Shown: positions 29,553 through 40,278, counted from the stretch's first letter. The stretch is 64,000 nt of DNA from Hyphomicrobiales bacterium (GCA_031367895.1 JANLQP010000104.1:6375-70374), one strand, 5' to 3'. Notes: generated from the sequence alone by a model not told the origin. Translations and numbers: made by a program.

Positions 29553-31271
29553 TCACCCTTCCACCTTTCCATCGGCAATGTCGCGACGGGCGGCATCTGG
29601 ATCCCGGGCTTCCGGTGGGCCGTATCCGCCGCCGCCGGCCGTCGTGATGACGACGCGGTCGCCGGGTGCCAGTCGCGTCACCGTCTTCGACGGGATCACC
29701 TCCTCGTGGCCGTCGGCGCGCGTGATCCATGAGCGGGCCAGGCCGCCCGGCTTGCCGCCCGCCAATCCGTCGGAAGCGACGAAATGGCGCTCGCCGCGAT
29801 GCGAGTAGGACATGGTGCCGGCGACATCGTCGAGCACCTCGTACTCCTTGAGCTGACCGCGCCCGCCGCGGAACTGCCCCTCGCCGCCCGAGTTGGTCAC
29901 CAGCTCCCAGCGGCGCACCCGGATCGGCGCATCGAGCTCCATCGCTTCGACCGGCAGGTTCATGCAGTTGGTGGCGTCCGTTTCGATGGCATCGACGCCA
30001 TCGAAACCGTTGCCGGCACCAGCGCCACCCGCGAGCAATTCGCCGGTGACGAACATCCTACCGTCGCGGCGCTGGCCACCCCAGGCCATGACGAGAAGTT
30101 CGCCGGAGTTGGGCGCCGGCACGCGGTCTGGCGCCACGCCCGCAAGCGCCTTCAACATCGTGTTCGTCACGCGCTTGATCGTTGCGGTGCGCGCGTTGAC
30201 AGGCGCAGGCTCGCGCGGATTGACGATCGAGCCCTCCGGCAGCGTCAGCGTGATCGGGCGGAAACAGCCGCCGTTGTTCGGGATCGCCGGGTCGGTAATG
30301 GCGCGCACGGCAAAACACGCGGCGGCGAGGCTGCCCGAAGGGACACAGTTGATCGGCCCTTTGACTTGAGGACTGGAGCCCGTGAGATCGAAATGGATCG
30401 TGCCCTCCTTGATCGTGGCCGCCACTTCGATGCGAATCCGGCGATCGAGGTCGATGCCGTCATTGTCGAGGAAATCGACGGCGCGATAGGTGCCGGGTTG
30501 CAGTTTCTGCAGCGCGGCACGCGTCATCGCTTCGGCCCGGTCGAGCAGGTGCCAGAACGACGCCAGCAGCGCGTTGTGGCCAAACTTTCCGGCGGCCTCG
30601 CAAAGGCGCACGGCGGCGATCTTGCAGGCGGCGACCTGGGCGTGGAGATCGCCGATGAAGATGTCGGGGATACGAACATTCTGGCGGAGCACCGCTGTCA
30701 AGGTTTCGTCGAAAACGCCCGCGCGGGCCCAGGCGACCGGCGGGATGCGAATGCCCTCCTGATAGATCTCGGTCGAGTCGGTCGGGACCGAACCCGCCGT
30801 CTTGCCGCCGACGTCCTGGTGGTGGGTCATGGTGGCCGCCAGTGCGATCGGTCGAGAGCTTTGTCCGCCTTCAGTTGCCGACCCGCTATCGGCGTCAGCA
30901 AAGATCGGCATAACGACTGCGAAATCCGGCAAATGCGTGCCGCCGCAATAGGGATCATTCAAGATGTAAATGTCGCCCTCGCACATCTGCTCGACCGGGA
31001 ACTTGGCGATGATCGCGGCGACGGCCGGTATCAACGTGCCCAGGTGGATGGCGATGGCGCAGGCCTGTGCCAGCGTGGTGCCGTCGAGCGTAAACAGGCT
31101 TGCCGAGGCGTCGAGGCCTTCCTTCACGATCGGCGAGCACGATGACTTGAGCAGTGTCGCCTGCATCTCCTCGGCAATTTTGTCGAGCCGATGCCGGATC
31201 ACCTCGAGCGTGATGGGATCGAAGCGGTCGCCGGCGGCCTCGATGCGATGCGTGGGTGTTGCAGCAGTCAT
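29553..31271 (-). CDS. Hydantoinase B/oxoprolinase family protein (HyuB-like)
   Basis: 572 aa. Family-typical sequence throughout, and a 4-nt overlap with the upstream HyuA-like gene. Confidence 0.9.
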   Translation of the reverse strand: MTAATPTHRIEAAGDRFDPITLEVIRHRLDKIAEEMQATLLKSSCSPIVKEGLDASASLFTLDGTTLAQACAIAIHLGTLIPAVAAIIAKFPVEQMCEGDIYILNDPYCGGTHLPDFAVVMPIFADADSGSATEGGQSSRPIALAATMTHHQDVGGKTAGSVPTDSTEIYQEGIRIPPVAWARAGVFDETLTAVLRQNVRIPDIFIGDLHAQVAACKIAAVRLCEAAGKFGHNALLASFWHLLDRAEAMTRAALQKLQPGTYRAVDFLDNDGIDLDRRIRIEVAATIKEGTIHFDLTGSSPQVKGPINCVPSGSLAAACFAVRAITDPAIPNNGGCFRPITLTLPEGSIVNPREPAPVNARTATIKRVTNTMLKALAGVAPDRVPAPNSGELLVMAWGGQRRDGRMFVTGELLAGGAGAGNGFDGVDAIETDATNCMNLPVEAMELDAPIRVRRWELVTNSGGEGQFRGGRGQLKEYEVLDDVAGTMSYSHRGERHFVASDGLAGGKPGGLARSWITRADGHEEVIPSKTVTRLAPGDRVVITTAGGGGYGPPEARDPDAARRDIADGKVEG

Positions 31272-33340
31272 GACTGGCTCCGTGTGAGCAGAAGGGCGGC
31301 GCCGCCTGTGACCTCGGCGGACCAGCCTGGAGGCAGCAGCGTCGTCGAATCGGTTTGCTCGATGATGGCGGGGCCGGTCAGCTGCTCGCCTTCGGCAAGG
31401 CGTGCACGGTCATGGAGAGCGGTTTCGAGGCGGACGGTCTCGCCCGGGAACAGCACTGACCGGCGCCCTTTTAGTGACCGGCCCTTGGTCACTGGCGGCT
31501 TGGCGCCAACAGACACCGGCGGGCGATGGGCGCGGTGGACGACGCGGAGGTTGACGATTTTCGCCAGCGCGCCGGTCTTGTGGCCGTTGAGCTTTTGATG
31601 TGCCGCTTCGAAGGCCCGGTAAAGGCTGGCGAGCGCATCGCCTGCAGCAAGATCGATCGGCACCTCGATATAGTGGCTCTGCCCCATGTAACCGACATCG
31701 GCGAGCGCGAGGCGCTCGCGGCGCAGCCCGTCGACACGCTCGGCCTGCATGAGGGTTGCCGCCCGCCGGTCGAGAGCAGCAAGCGCATCGGCCAGTTCTG
31801 CGACCCTCGCGTCGGCGATAGGCGTGAGGAATGCGCCGGAGACCTCGTGCTCGATGGGCGCGGCCAGCAGACCGGCAGCGGCGAGGACGCCGGGAAAGCG
31901 CGGAACCAGGACGCGGTTGATGCTGAGTTCCAATGCAAGCGGAACGGCGTGCAGCCCACCCGCGCCACCGAGCGGCACCAGCACGAACTCGCGCGGATCG
32001 TAGCCGCGATTGATCGACACGAGCCGGATACCGTCGGCCATGTGTGCATTGGCGATGCGATGGATGCCGAGCGCCGCCGCTTCGACGCTGAGCCCGAGAG
32101 GCACAGCGACGCGTTCTTCAATGGCCTTTCGCGCCAGCGACGGGTCGAGCTTCATGGAACCGCCGACAAAGTAGGAAGGGTCGAGAAGTCCGAGCACGAT
32201 CGAGGCATCGGTGACGGTCGGCTCGCGACCGCCGCGCCCATAGCAAGCGGGACCGGGATCAGCGCCGGCCGACTGTGGCCCGACACGCAAGCCGCCACCG
32301 CTGTCGATCCAGCCAAGCGACCCGCCGCCGGCGCCGAGCGTCGTGACATCGAGCATCGGCACGCGCACCTGATAGCCGGCGATATCCGTCTCGGCCTTTA
32401 CCAGGACGCGGCCCTGGTCGATCAGCGCGATGTCGCTCGACGTGCCGCCGACGTCGATGGTGATGAGGTTGTCGTGTCCGGCCTCGCGACCAGCGGCCTG
32501 GCCGCCGATGGCACCCGCTGCGGGCCCCGAGAGAAACAGTCGTACCGGCCGCTGCCGTGCGATCTCGCCACCGGCGAGGCCACCGCGCGACTGCATGATC
32601 TGCAAGGGTGCGGCAACACCAGCTTCTGCGAGATTACGGTCCAGGTTGCTGAGATAGCGTGCGACCACGGGCTTCACATAAGCGTCGAATGCGGTCACAA
32701 CGGTGCGCTCATACTCGCGGAAGACAGGATCGACCTCACTGGAGATCGAAACCGGGATGCCGGGCATGGCGACTTCCAGTGCCGTGCGCACCTGACGCTC
32801 GTGCTCCGGCGCCAGGAACGAAAACAGCAGGGCGACGGCGACGGACTCGACGTTTTCAGAAGCGAGGGTTGCGATCGCGGCATCCAGTGATCCGGCATCG
32901 AGCGGGATGAGAACTTCGCCGCCCGCGTCGATCCGCTCCGTCACCTCCACACGGCGTGCACCCGGCGCGAGCCAACCCGGCGTCTCGGGCTTCAGATTGA
33001 GATCGTACATCTGGCGGCGGATCTGCCGACCGATCTCCAGGATGTCGCGAAAGCCCTTTGTGGTGACGAGGCCGACACGGGCACCCTTTCGTTCGAGCAC
33101 AGCGTTGGTTGCGATCGTGGTGCCGTGGACGAAGCTCGTGATCGAGGCTGGCGCTATGGCAAAACGGTCGCGGAGGACATCGAGCGCGGCCATCACTGCG
33201 CGCCCCGGATCATCGCGCGTTGTCGGCAGTTTCAGAATATGCGTGCCGGTCGCGGTTACGCAGACGACATCGGTGAATGTGCCGCCGATATCTATGCCGA
33301 TGCTGACGGCTGCCCCCGATGATGTCCTATTCGTGGTCAT
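31268..33340 (-). CDS. Hydantoinase/oxoprolinase family protein (HyuA-like)
   Basis: 690 aa. N-terminal IGIDIGGTFTDVV is an ASKHA-fold ATPase motif. Confidence 0.9.
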   Translation of the reverse strand: MTTNRTSSGAAVSIGIDIGGTFTDVVCVTATGTHILKLPTTRDDPGRAVMAALDVLRDRFAIAPASITSFVHGTTIATNAVLERKGARVGLVTTKGFRDILEIGRQIRRQMYDLNLKPETPGWLAPGARRVEVTERIDAGGEVLIPLDAGSLDAAIATLASENVESVAVALLFSFLAPEHERQVRTALEVAMPGIPVSISSEVDPVFREYERTVVTAFDAYVKPVVARYLSNLDRNLAEAGVAAPLQIMQSRGGLAGGEIARQRPVRLFLSGPAAGAIGGQAAGREAGHDNLITIDVGGTSSDIALIDQGRVLVKAETDIAGYQVRVPMLDVTTLGAGGGSLGWIDSGGGLRVGPQSAGADPGPACYGRGGREPTVTDASIVLGLLDPSYFVGGSMKLDPSLARKAIEERVAVPLGLSVEAAALGIHRIANAHMADGIRLVSINRGYDPREFVLVPLGGAGGLHAVPLALELSINRVLVPRFPGVLAAAGLLAAPIEHEVSGAFLTPIADARVAELADALAALDRRAATLMQAERVDGLRRERLALADVGYMGQSHYIEVPIDLAAGDALASLYRAFEAAHQKLNGHKTGALAKIVNLRVVHRAHRPPVSVGAKPPVTKGRSLKGRRSVLFPGETVRLETALHDRARLAEGEQLTGPAIIEQTDSTTLLPPGWSAEVTGGAALLLTRSQS

Positions 33341-33403
33341 TCCGATTCCATCACTAAAGTTGGATCCGCGGACGTTGTTCGCCCGAGAGATTGCAGCTCG
33401 TCG

Positions 33404-34168
33404 TCAGTATTTCGCAATACCCAGCGAGAAGCCACCGTCGGCGGTAAAAAGGCTGCCCGTCGAATAGGATGCCGCAGGCGAGAGCAGGAATGCGGCCAAT
33501 TCTGCGATCTCGTCTGGAGTTCCGAGCCGGCCCATCGGGATGCGGGATTGCTTTGCAGCCATCTCGTCGCGCGCGGCGGCGGTGGTGAGAGCCGCCGTAA
33601 CGGTCGCGGTCTCGATCACGCCCGGCAGGATCGCATTGACGCGGATACCGTGCGGGGCGAGCTCGACAGCGAGCACGCGGGTCAGCTGGTTCAATCCGGC
33701 CTTGGAGGCGCCGTAGTGGGCGATGCCGGGTCGCGCCAGCACGCTTGCCGTCGACGAAATGTTGACGATAGCGCCGCCCTTGCCGGTGGCAAGCATGCCC
33801 TTTGCAACGGCGCGGGTCAGCAGAAACGGCGCGCGCAGATTGATGTTCAGCACCCGATCCCACTCATCGACTGACAGATCCAGGACCGGGGTCACCGGAT
33901 AAGCGCCGGCGCAATTGACGAGGCCGTCGAGGGGGCCCGCGTCCCGCGCAAGCTGATCGATGATGGTTGCATCGCAGAGGTCGCCGGGCAAGAGCGTTAC
34001 CCGAGTACCGGTCGCCGATAGCACCTGCGCGGCGGCATCGAGCGCTGTTGCGTCCTTGTCGGACAGAATGAGCTCCGCATTCTCGCGGCCAAGGCGGCGT
34101 GCGATGGCGAGGCCGATACCGGCTGCAGCGCCGGTGATCAGAATGCGCGATCGTACCGCCTCAGGCAT
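33404..34168 (-). CDS. SDR family oxidoreductase
   Basis: Starts at MPEAVRSRILITGAAAGIGLA. YGASKAG (YxxxK). Its start overlaps the stop of the upstream ABC ATPase by 8 nt. Confidence 0.9.
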   Translation of the reverse strand: MPEAVRSRILITGAAAGIGLAIARRLGRENAELILSDKDATALDAAAQVLSATGTRVTLLPGDLCDATIIDQLARDAGPLDGLVNCAGAYPVTPVLDLSVDEWDRVLNINLRAPFLLTRAVAKGMLATGKGGAIVNISSTASVLARPGIAHYGASKAGLNQLTRVLAVELAPHGIRVNAILPGVIETATVTAALTTAAARDEMAAKQSRIPMGRLGTPDEIAELAAFLLSPAASYSTGSLFTADGGFSLGIAKY

Positions 34169-35159
34169 TGGCCCCTCCCTGCGACTGCCCGGCGAAGTGA
34201 CATGCCGTCTGGTGTGCGGCGCCAGCCGGCCCAAGCGCCGGGTCCACGTCGACGCAGACGGCTGCGGCCCGTGGACAGCGACTACGAAACCGGCAGCCCG
34301 ATGGCAGGTTACTCGCGTCCGCAGGCTCGCCCTCGAGGTTGAACGTATCCGTGACCCGCCGGCCACCGATCCGCGGAATGGCCGACAGCAGCGAACGCGT
34401 ATAGGGATGGCGCGGGTCCGAGAACAACGCAGAGGCCGGAGCGATTTCGACGATGCGGCCGAGATACATGACGGCGATTCGGTCGCACATGATCTGCACA
34501 ACCGATAAGTCATGCGAGATGAAGAGGTAGGTGAGCTGGAACTCGGCTTGCAAAGTCCGCAACAGCTTGAGGATTGTCGCCTGTACAGAGACGTCCAGAC
34601 CGGACGTAGGCTCATCCAGGATCACCAGGCGCGGCTGTAGCGTCAGGATCCGGGCGAGACCGACGCGCCGCTGCTGACCGCCCGAGATCTCGTGCGGGTA
34701 GAGGTCCAGATGTGTCTCGGGAAGTCCAACAGAGGCCAAAATCTTGCGGACGCGGAGCATGCGCTCGGGTCGAGACAATGGTGTGTGGATCGCCAGTGGC
34801 TCCTCCAGCGAGCGCCCGATCGTCCAGCGCGGATCGAGCGCGTTGCCGGGATCCTGATGGATGTACTGCAGCCGAGGCGCGATCCGACGGCGCTCCATGT
34901 CTCCGAGCGAGGTGATGTCGGCGCCTTCGAGATGAATGCTGCCGGCATTGGCTTGATGAATTCCGGCCAGCAGCTTGCCGAGCGTGGTCTTGCCGCAACC
35001 GGATTCCCCGACGATGCCGAGGGTCTCACCCGGTCGTAGTTCGAAGCTGACGTCGTCTAGCGCCTTGATCGTGCGCGTCGTGACACCGAAGGCATTCCGA
35101 ACCGGGAAGTAACGACGCAGGCCGTCGACGCGCAGGAGCGGACGCGTGTCGGGGCTCAT
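34161..35159 (-). CDS. ABC transporter ATP-binding protein (oligopeptide/dipeptide DppF/OppF-like)
   Basis: Walker A GESGCGKTT, signature ISGGQQQRV, and a C-terminal oligopeptide-type extension. ATGA overlap with the upstream ATPase. Confidence 0.9.
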   Translation of the reverse strand: MSPDTRPLLRVDGLRRYFPVRNAFGVTTRTIKALDDVSFELRPGETLGIVGESGCGKTTLGKLLAGIHQANAGSIHLEGADITSLGDMERRRIAPRLQYIHQDPGNALDPRWTIGRSLEEPLAIHTPLSRPERMLRVRKILASVGLPETHLDLYPHEISGGQQRRVGLARILTLQPRLVILDEPTSGLDVSVQATILKLLRTLQAEFQLTYLFISHDLSVVQIMCDRIAVMYLGRIVEIAPASALFSDPRHPYTRSLLSAIPRIGGRRVTDTFNLEGEPADASNLPSGCRFRSRCPRAAAVCVDVDPALGPAGAAHQTACHFAGQSQGGANA

Positions 35160-36193
35160 GACCGACTCTCCGCTGCGACCGTCAGCGGATGAAAACAGCG
35201 CACGATGTGCTGCCCTGTTCCGGTCGCAGGCGGCCGGCTGGCCTTGCATTCTGTCGTTGCACGATCGCAGCGGGGATGAAACCGGCAGCCTTGGGGAGGC
35301 GCTAGCAAGCTCGGCACCTCGCCGCCGATTTCTCTGATCTCGCGGTTCGGGTTCGGGAGGCTTTCGAGCAGCCGCGCGGTGTAGGGGTGACGCGGATGCG
35401 TGAAAAACTCTCCGACGGGGGCGGTCTCCACTTCCTGGCCGGCATACATCACCGTGATCTCGTCGCAGATCTCATAGGCCGTGCCGAGGTCATGTGTGGT
35501 CAGTAGGATGGAGACGTTTTTCTGGCGCGCGAGCCGTTTCAGCAACTTCAGGATTTGAGCCTGGATCGTGACGTCGAGCGCCGTAGTCGGTTCGTCGGCG
35601 ATGATGAGATCCGGGTTGGTCATAAGGGCCATGGCGATCAGCAAACGTTGCCGCTGGCCACCCGAGAACTCGCCGGGAAGTTTTGTCAGTGAACGCTCGG
35701 GATCGGGGATCTGCACTTCATCCAACAGCGCGAGCACAGCTTCCCGGTCGGCCTTGCGGCGCGAACTTGGAAAACGCGTCAACAGCGGGCCGAGACCCAG
35801 CTCGCCCGGATCCCGGCGGGGCGATTTCCACTTCATCAGCTCCATCATCTGGTCGCCGACGCAAAACAGCGGATTGAATGCGCCGTAGGGGTCTTGCGGC
35901 ACGAAAGTGATGCGACGGCCCTTTACGTCGCGTTCGAAGCGCGCTCGTGGCAGATTGAGCAGATCGAGGTCGTCGAAGCGGATCGAGCCGCCTTCGATCA
36001 CGGCGTTGGGCGACAGGACCGAAAGGATCGCACGGGCGAGCGTGGTCTTGCCGCAACCCGACTCACCGACCAGGCCCATGATGCGGCCGCGCCCAACCGA
36101 CACGTTGACGCGATCGAGGACACGCGCGACGCCCTGACCCGTTCGGTAGCCGATGCCCAGGTCGGCAATCTCGAGCAGTGGCTCAGCGGTCAT
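35156..36193 (-). CDS. ABC transporter ATP-binding protein (DppD/OppD-like)
   Basis: Walker A GESGCGKTT, signature FSGGQRQRL. Starts at MTAEPLLEIADL. Confidence 0.9.
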   Translation of the reverse strand: MTAEPLLEIADLGIGYRTGQGVARVLDRVNVSVGRGRIMGLVGESGCGKTTLARAILSVLSPNAVIEGGSIRFDDLDLLNLPRARFERDVKGRRITFVPQDPYGAFNPLFCVGDQMMELMKWKSPRRDPGELGLGPLLTRFPSSRRKADREAVLALLDEVQIPDPERSLTKLPGEFSGGQRQRLLIAMALMTNPDLIIADEPTTALDVTIQAQILKLLKRLARQKNVSILLTTHDLGTAYEICDEITVMYAGQEVETAPVGEFFTHPRHPYTARLLESLPNPNREIREIGGEVPSLLAPPQGCRFHPRCDRATTECKASRPPATGTGQHIVRCFHPLTVAAESRS

Positions 36194-37040
36194 GCGAGCG
36201 CCTGAGACGGGGATCGAGCGCGTCGCGCAGGCCATCGCCGAGCAGGTTGAAGCCCATGACGACAATGAAGAAGGCAAGACCGGGTGCCAGTGCGTACCAC
36301 CAGGCCTCGGGCAGGAACTCGCGCGATTCCGAGATCATGCGGCCCCATTCCGGCGCCGGCGGCGGCGCACCAAGGCCGAGGAATCCAAGCGAGGCGGCGG
36401 TCAGGATCGTGAATCCCATGCCGATCGAGGCGCGCACGATGATCGGCGAGGCGACATTGGGCAGCACATGCTGGAGGACAATCCGGCGAGGCGGCACGCC
36501 GAGTGCGATCGCTGCCTCGATGAAAGTCTCGCGCTTCAGTGCCTGCACTTCGGCATAGACCAAGCGCGCGAACCACGGCCAATAGGTGACTGAAAGTGCC
36601 AGAATGACGTTCTCGATCGAGGGGCCGAGCGTTTGGGCGATGGCGATTGCCAGCACGATTTGCGGCACGGCGAGGAAAACGTCGGAAATACGCATCAGGG
36701 CTTCGCCGATCCACCATTCGCTCCAGCCGGCCCACAATCCGATCGGCACGCCGATCAGCAGCGACGCGCCGACCGCGACCAGGGCAATCAGCAGCGTGAT
36801 GCGGGCGCCGAACAAGACGCGGCTGAAGATATCGGCGCCCATCCGATCCGTGCCGAACAGCCAATCCCGGCCCGGCGGCTTCAGCCGGTTGACCGGGTTC
36901 ATGTCCCAGACCGCCTCGGGATGGGTCGAGATCCAGGGCGCGAGTACGGCCGCGAGCACGACGATTGCGACCAGGATGAAGCCGAGGGCGGCTGATCGAT
37001 CGCGGGCGAGCCGACGCAGGGCATGCGTGGCGCCGTTCAT
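36183..37040 (-). CDS. ABC transporter permease (DppC/OppC-like)
   Basis: 285 aa, multiple TM segments, with the BPD-transporter EAA-like region. Confidence 0.9.
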   Translation of the reverse strand: MNGATHALRRLARDRSAALGFILVAIVVLAAVLAPWISTHPEAVWDMNPVNRLKPPGRDWLFGTDRMGADIFSRVLFGARITLLIALVAVGASLLIGVPIGLWAGWSEWWIGEALMRISDVFLAVPQIVLAIAIAQTLGPSIENVILALSVTYWPWFARLVYAEVQALKRETFIEAAIALGVPPRRIVLQHVLPNVASPIIVRASIGMGFTILTAASLGFLGLGAPPPAPEWGRMISESREFLPEAWWYALAPGLAFFIVVMGFNLLGDGLRDALDPRLRRSHDR

Positions 37041-38044
37041 ACGGTGCCTCCGCGCGGATCGATCAGACCGTGGACAATATCGACAAGAAGATTAACCAGC
37101 ATGAAAATCCCACCCGCATAAACGGTAAATCCCATGACGGCCGCATAGTCGGAATGCAGTATGGACTCGAAGGCGTAGGTGCCGATACCCGGCCACTGAA
37201 ACACGGTCTCGATCACGACGGCGCCGGCCAGCAAAATGCCGAACAACAGCCCGATCTGCGTAACCGTTGAGGTCAGGGCGTTGCGCAGGACATACTTCCA
37301 CACGATCAAGGCCTGCGGAATGCCGGTTGCCCGCTGGTAGTCGACGAACGGCCGCCCGAGCGTGTCGAGGACGCCGGCACGGGTGAAGCGGACGATGGTG
37401 GCGAGCGCTGGCACCGCGAGGGTGATTGCAGGCAGTGCCAGGTGGGCTAGTGCGCTCCAGAGCCGGTCGGGGCGCCCAGCGATCAGAGCATCGATGGTCA
37501 TGAAACCGGTCACGGGCCTTGGCGGAAAGCCCGAGATGCGCCCTTGCAAGGGCAGCACGCCGAGCTTCATCGCGAACAACAATTGCAGGATCAGCGCCAG
37601 CCAGAAGCTGGCGATCGCCAATCCTGCCACCGAGGCGATGCGTAGGCCATGATCGATCCCTGAGTTGCGGCGGGTCGCGGAAACCACACCGAGCGGGATG
37701 CCGAACAATACGGCGATCAACATTGCCGCGATCGTCAACTCGATGGTCGCCGGTAGCCGCGCCAGCAGATCGTCCGCAACTGGTCGCGTTGTGAACAGGC
37801 TCGTGCCGAGATCACCCTTAAGGAGCTGCCGGTAGTAATCGGCGAGTTGGATCGGCAGCGGCCTGTCGAGACCCAGCTTTACACGCAGCGCTTCGATCTG
37901 CGCGCGGCTCGCGGTCTCGCCGGCGATCAGAGCCACCGGATCCGACGGGATGACGCGGGAGATGAAGAAAACCACCGCAATCAATCCAGCCGCCGTCGGC
38001 ACGAACCAGAACAGACGCTTGGCGATCAAGGCGAGGATGCGCAT
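37037..38044 (-). CDS. ABC transporter permease (DppB/OppB-like)
   Basis: 335 aa. Typical N-terminus MRILALIAKRLFWFVPT. 4-nt overlap with the next permease. Confidence 0.9.
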   Translation of the reverse strand: MRILALIAKRLFWFVPTAAGLIAVVFFISRVIPSDPVALIAGETASRAQIEALRVKLGLDRPLPIQLADYYRQLLKGDLGTSLFTTRPVADDLLARLPATIELTIAAMLIAVLFGIPLGVVSATRRNSGIDHGLRIASVAGLAIASFWLALILQLLFAMKLGVLPLQGRISGFPPRPVTGFMTIDALIAGRPDRLWSALAHLALPAITLAVPALATIVRFTRAGVLDTLGRPFVDYQRATGIPQALIVWKYVLRNALTSTVTQIGLLFGILLAGAVVIETVFQWPGIGTYAFESILHSDYAAVMGFTVYAGGIFMLVNLLVDIVHGLIDPRGGTV

Positions 38045-38108
38045 GGGGTCGGCATTACTCCCTTATCGGACAACCCAAGCACTCGCCATCTTCGCCTGGC
38101 CCGAACGG

Positions 38109-39695
38109 TCATTCGTAGTAAGCCGTCCGCATCTCCTGGGCGTTGCCGATCGGGCAGAACACGATGCCGGCAAGGTTTTTGGAATAGGGGCCGTACCACT
38201 TGGTATTGTAGATCCACAGTCCCGGCGCGTCATCGACCACGATGCGCACCGCTTCCTCATAGAACTTGGCGCGCTCGGCCTGATCGGTCGCCTGCACGGC
38301 CTTGTCGAGGAGTTCATCGACCTTGGGGTTCTTGTAGTGGTGCGCGTTCTTGAAAGTGCCGGCGCCCGACGAATGGAACATCTCGCCGATCCAGTTGTGC
38401 GGGTCGGCGTAGTAGGTCGAGATCCAATAGATCGAGATGTCGGGCGTCGTCTCAGGCTTGCCGAAACGCTCGACGATGGTCGGCCAGGGCGTGCCGACCA
38501 CCTTCGATTGGATACCCATCTTCTGCAGTCCGTTCTGGAAGAGCTGGGCGGCCTGCTCGCTCTGGGCAAAACCGGTCAGGAAGTGGATTTCCAGCGGACG
38601 GTCGACCTTGGCCGATGCCTTGGCCAGTCCGGCCTTACCCTTCTCGATATCGAATACGTAGCCTTTAACGTCCTTCGGATTGCCCCAGATGGTATTGGGC
38701 AACGGCGTCGGATTGCGCTCGACCTGACCGCCGAGGATGTTCTTGTTGAAACCGTCGTAATCGAAAGCCTGGTTGAGCGCGCGGCGCACATCCGGGTCAT
38801 TGAGCGGCGCGCGCGTCGTGTTGAACTGCATCATCATGACACGCATGGATTCGGCTTCGAGCACCTTGGCCTTGCCCGACTCCTCGATGCGCTTCAACTG
38901 GTCGGTCTGCAGATAGCCGCCGATGCCGTTGAAATCACCCTTCATCAGCCCGAGCACCCGCGTATTGGTGTCCTTGACGCCGCGGAACTCGATTTCATCG
39001 ATGAACTTCGGCCCCCAGCCCTTGAAATGGTCCGCATTGCGTGCGGCCACGAACCCGATGGCCGGATCGAACTGCGTGAGCTTGTAGGCACCCGAACCGG
39101 CGGCATTCTTCGACAGCCAAGCGGCGCCCCAGTCGTTGTTGGCCTCGTTCTTTTTGACCTGCGCGGCATTGACGATGTGGATCTCGGGTACGATGGCGAG
39201 GAAGATCGCCGACGGTTTCTTGAGCGTGAACTCGACCGTGTAGTCATCGATAGCCTTGGCCTTGCCGGGATCGATCATCGTCTTGAACAAGGACGCAGCG
39301 CCCTTGCCGAGCGCAAGGATGCGCTCGAGCGAGTAGACGACGTCGGCTGCCTTCACCTCGCTGCCATCGTGGAACTTGACGCCTTTGCGCATCTTGAATG
39401 TGTACGTGAGGCCATCCTTCGAGATGGCATGGCTCTCCGCGATCCACGGCTCGAGTTTGGCCGGGTTCGATTGCCACCGCATCAAACCGTCATAGACGTT
39501 GAGGCGCACGGCGATGCGGCCAACGTCGAAGGCCGCGTGCGGATCCATCGTGTCGTAGTCGCTCTCGTTGGCGAAGACGAAGCGGGTCTGCGCCACCGAC
39601 GCTTGGCCGAGGCAACCAAGAAGCGCGAAGCTTGCAAGTCCCGCCAGGACTAGGCGACGCGCAATGCTGGTACCGATCGATCTCAGAATAGGCAT
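38109..39695 (-). CDS. ABC transporter substrate-binding protein, family 5 (peptide/nickel type)
   Basis: 528 aa with a signal peptide. First gene of the operon. Confidence 0.9.
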   Translation of the reverse strand: MPILRSIGTSIARRLVLAGLASFALLGCLGQASVAQTRFVFANESDYDTMDPHAAFDVGRIAVRLNVYDGLMRWQSNPAKLEPWIAESHAISKDGLTYTFKMRKGVKFHDGSEVKAADVVYSLERILALGKGAASLFKTMIDPGKAKAIDDYTVEFTLKKPSAIFLAIVPEIHIVNAAQVKKNEANNDWGAAWLSKNAAGSGAYKLTQFDPAIGFVAARNADHFKGWGPKFIDEIEFRGVKDTNTRVLGLMKGDFNGIGGYLQTDQLKRIEESGKAKVLEAESMRVMMMQFNTTRAPLNDPDVRRALNQAFDYDGFNKNILGGQVERNPTPLPNTIWGNPKDVKGYVFDIEKGKAGLAKASAKVDRPLEIHFLTGFAQSEQAAQLFQNGLQKMGIQSKVVGTPWPTIVERFGKPETTPDISIYWISTYYADPHNWIGEMFHSSGAGTFKNAHHYKNPKVDELLDKAVQATDQAERAKFYEEAVRIVVDDAPGLWIYNTKWYGPYSKNLAGIVFCPIGNAQEMRTAYYE

Positions 39696-40278
39696 CCGTC
39701 CCTCCGTAGAGCCATATTAAGTGCCGAAAGCTGGTGCTGCACGCGCAAGCGGGCAGAAATGCCAAGCCCAGCAGACCGCAGTCATACTGCCCAGAAATGC
39801 TCCGTTGCGGCAAGCATTCCGGATGGCGCCATTTGCGTCATGTGCCTGGCGAGTGCGGGCAGAGCCTCGAGCGGGCGGACCCGCATCGGGTTCAGCATCA
39901 ACCAACATCCACCGGCTCAGGCCCAATGCCTTCTTGGCGGATGCGGGGTTGATCGCGTTTCATGGAGCCTGCCAAGCAGCGAGACGGTCTCGATGCAGGA
40001 ACCACTGGCTCGAAGCCGTGTGCGGGAAACCGCCTGGCCGGCTCAGAGGGCGGGGTGGCGCGAGCCATCCCGACCACTATCATGGACGCATGGGGAGAGG
40101 GGACGCGCGTGCCGCACCGCTTCGCCCGCCGTAGCTTTGCCCAGCCGCGCGGCCCCCCAGCCCCGATTCCCGGCCACGCGCAAGCGCTTCCTGGCGCGCC
40201 TGTGCATAGCGGGGACGAGTGTGGCCAATTCGGGCTTGACGGCCGGGGTGGGGCCCGAATCGTTTTAAGCCTCTGGCC

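Noticed and set aside
26115-39700. The whole block downstream of tRNA-Thr as a tRNA-targeted genomic island.
   Set aside because: I saw no integrase, no mobility genes and no direct repeat of the tRNA 3' end by eye. GC and codon bias of the hydantoinase/ABC operon look native. This cannot be excluded without a comparative alignment.
39696-40278. The 583-bp spacer upstream of dnaB with several 130-180-aa ORFs, examined for hidden genes or DnaA boxes.
   Set aside because: The ORFs overlap each other in different frames with Arg/Pro/Ala-rich products. I did not see a TTATCCACA-like box. No feature could be supported.
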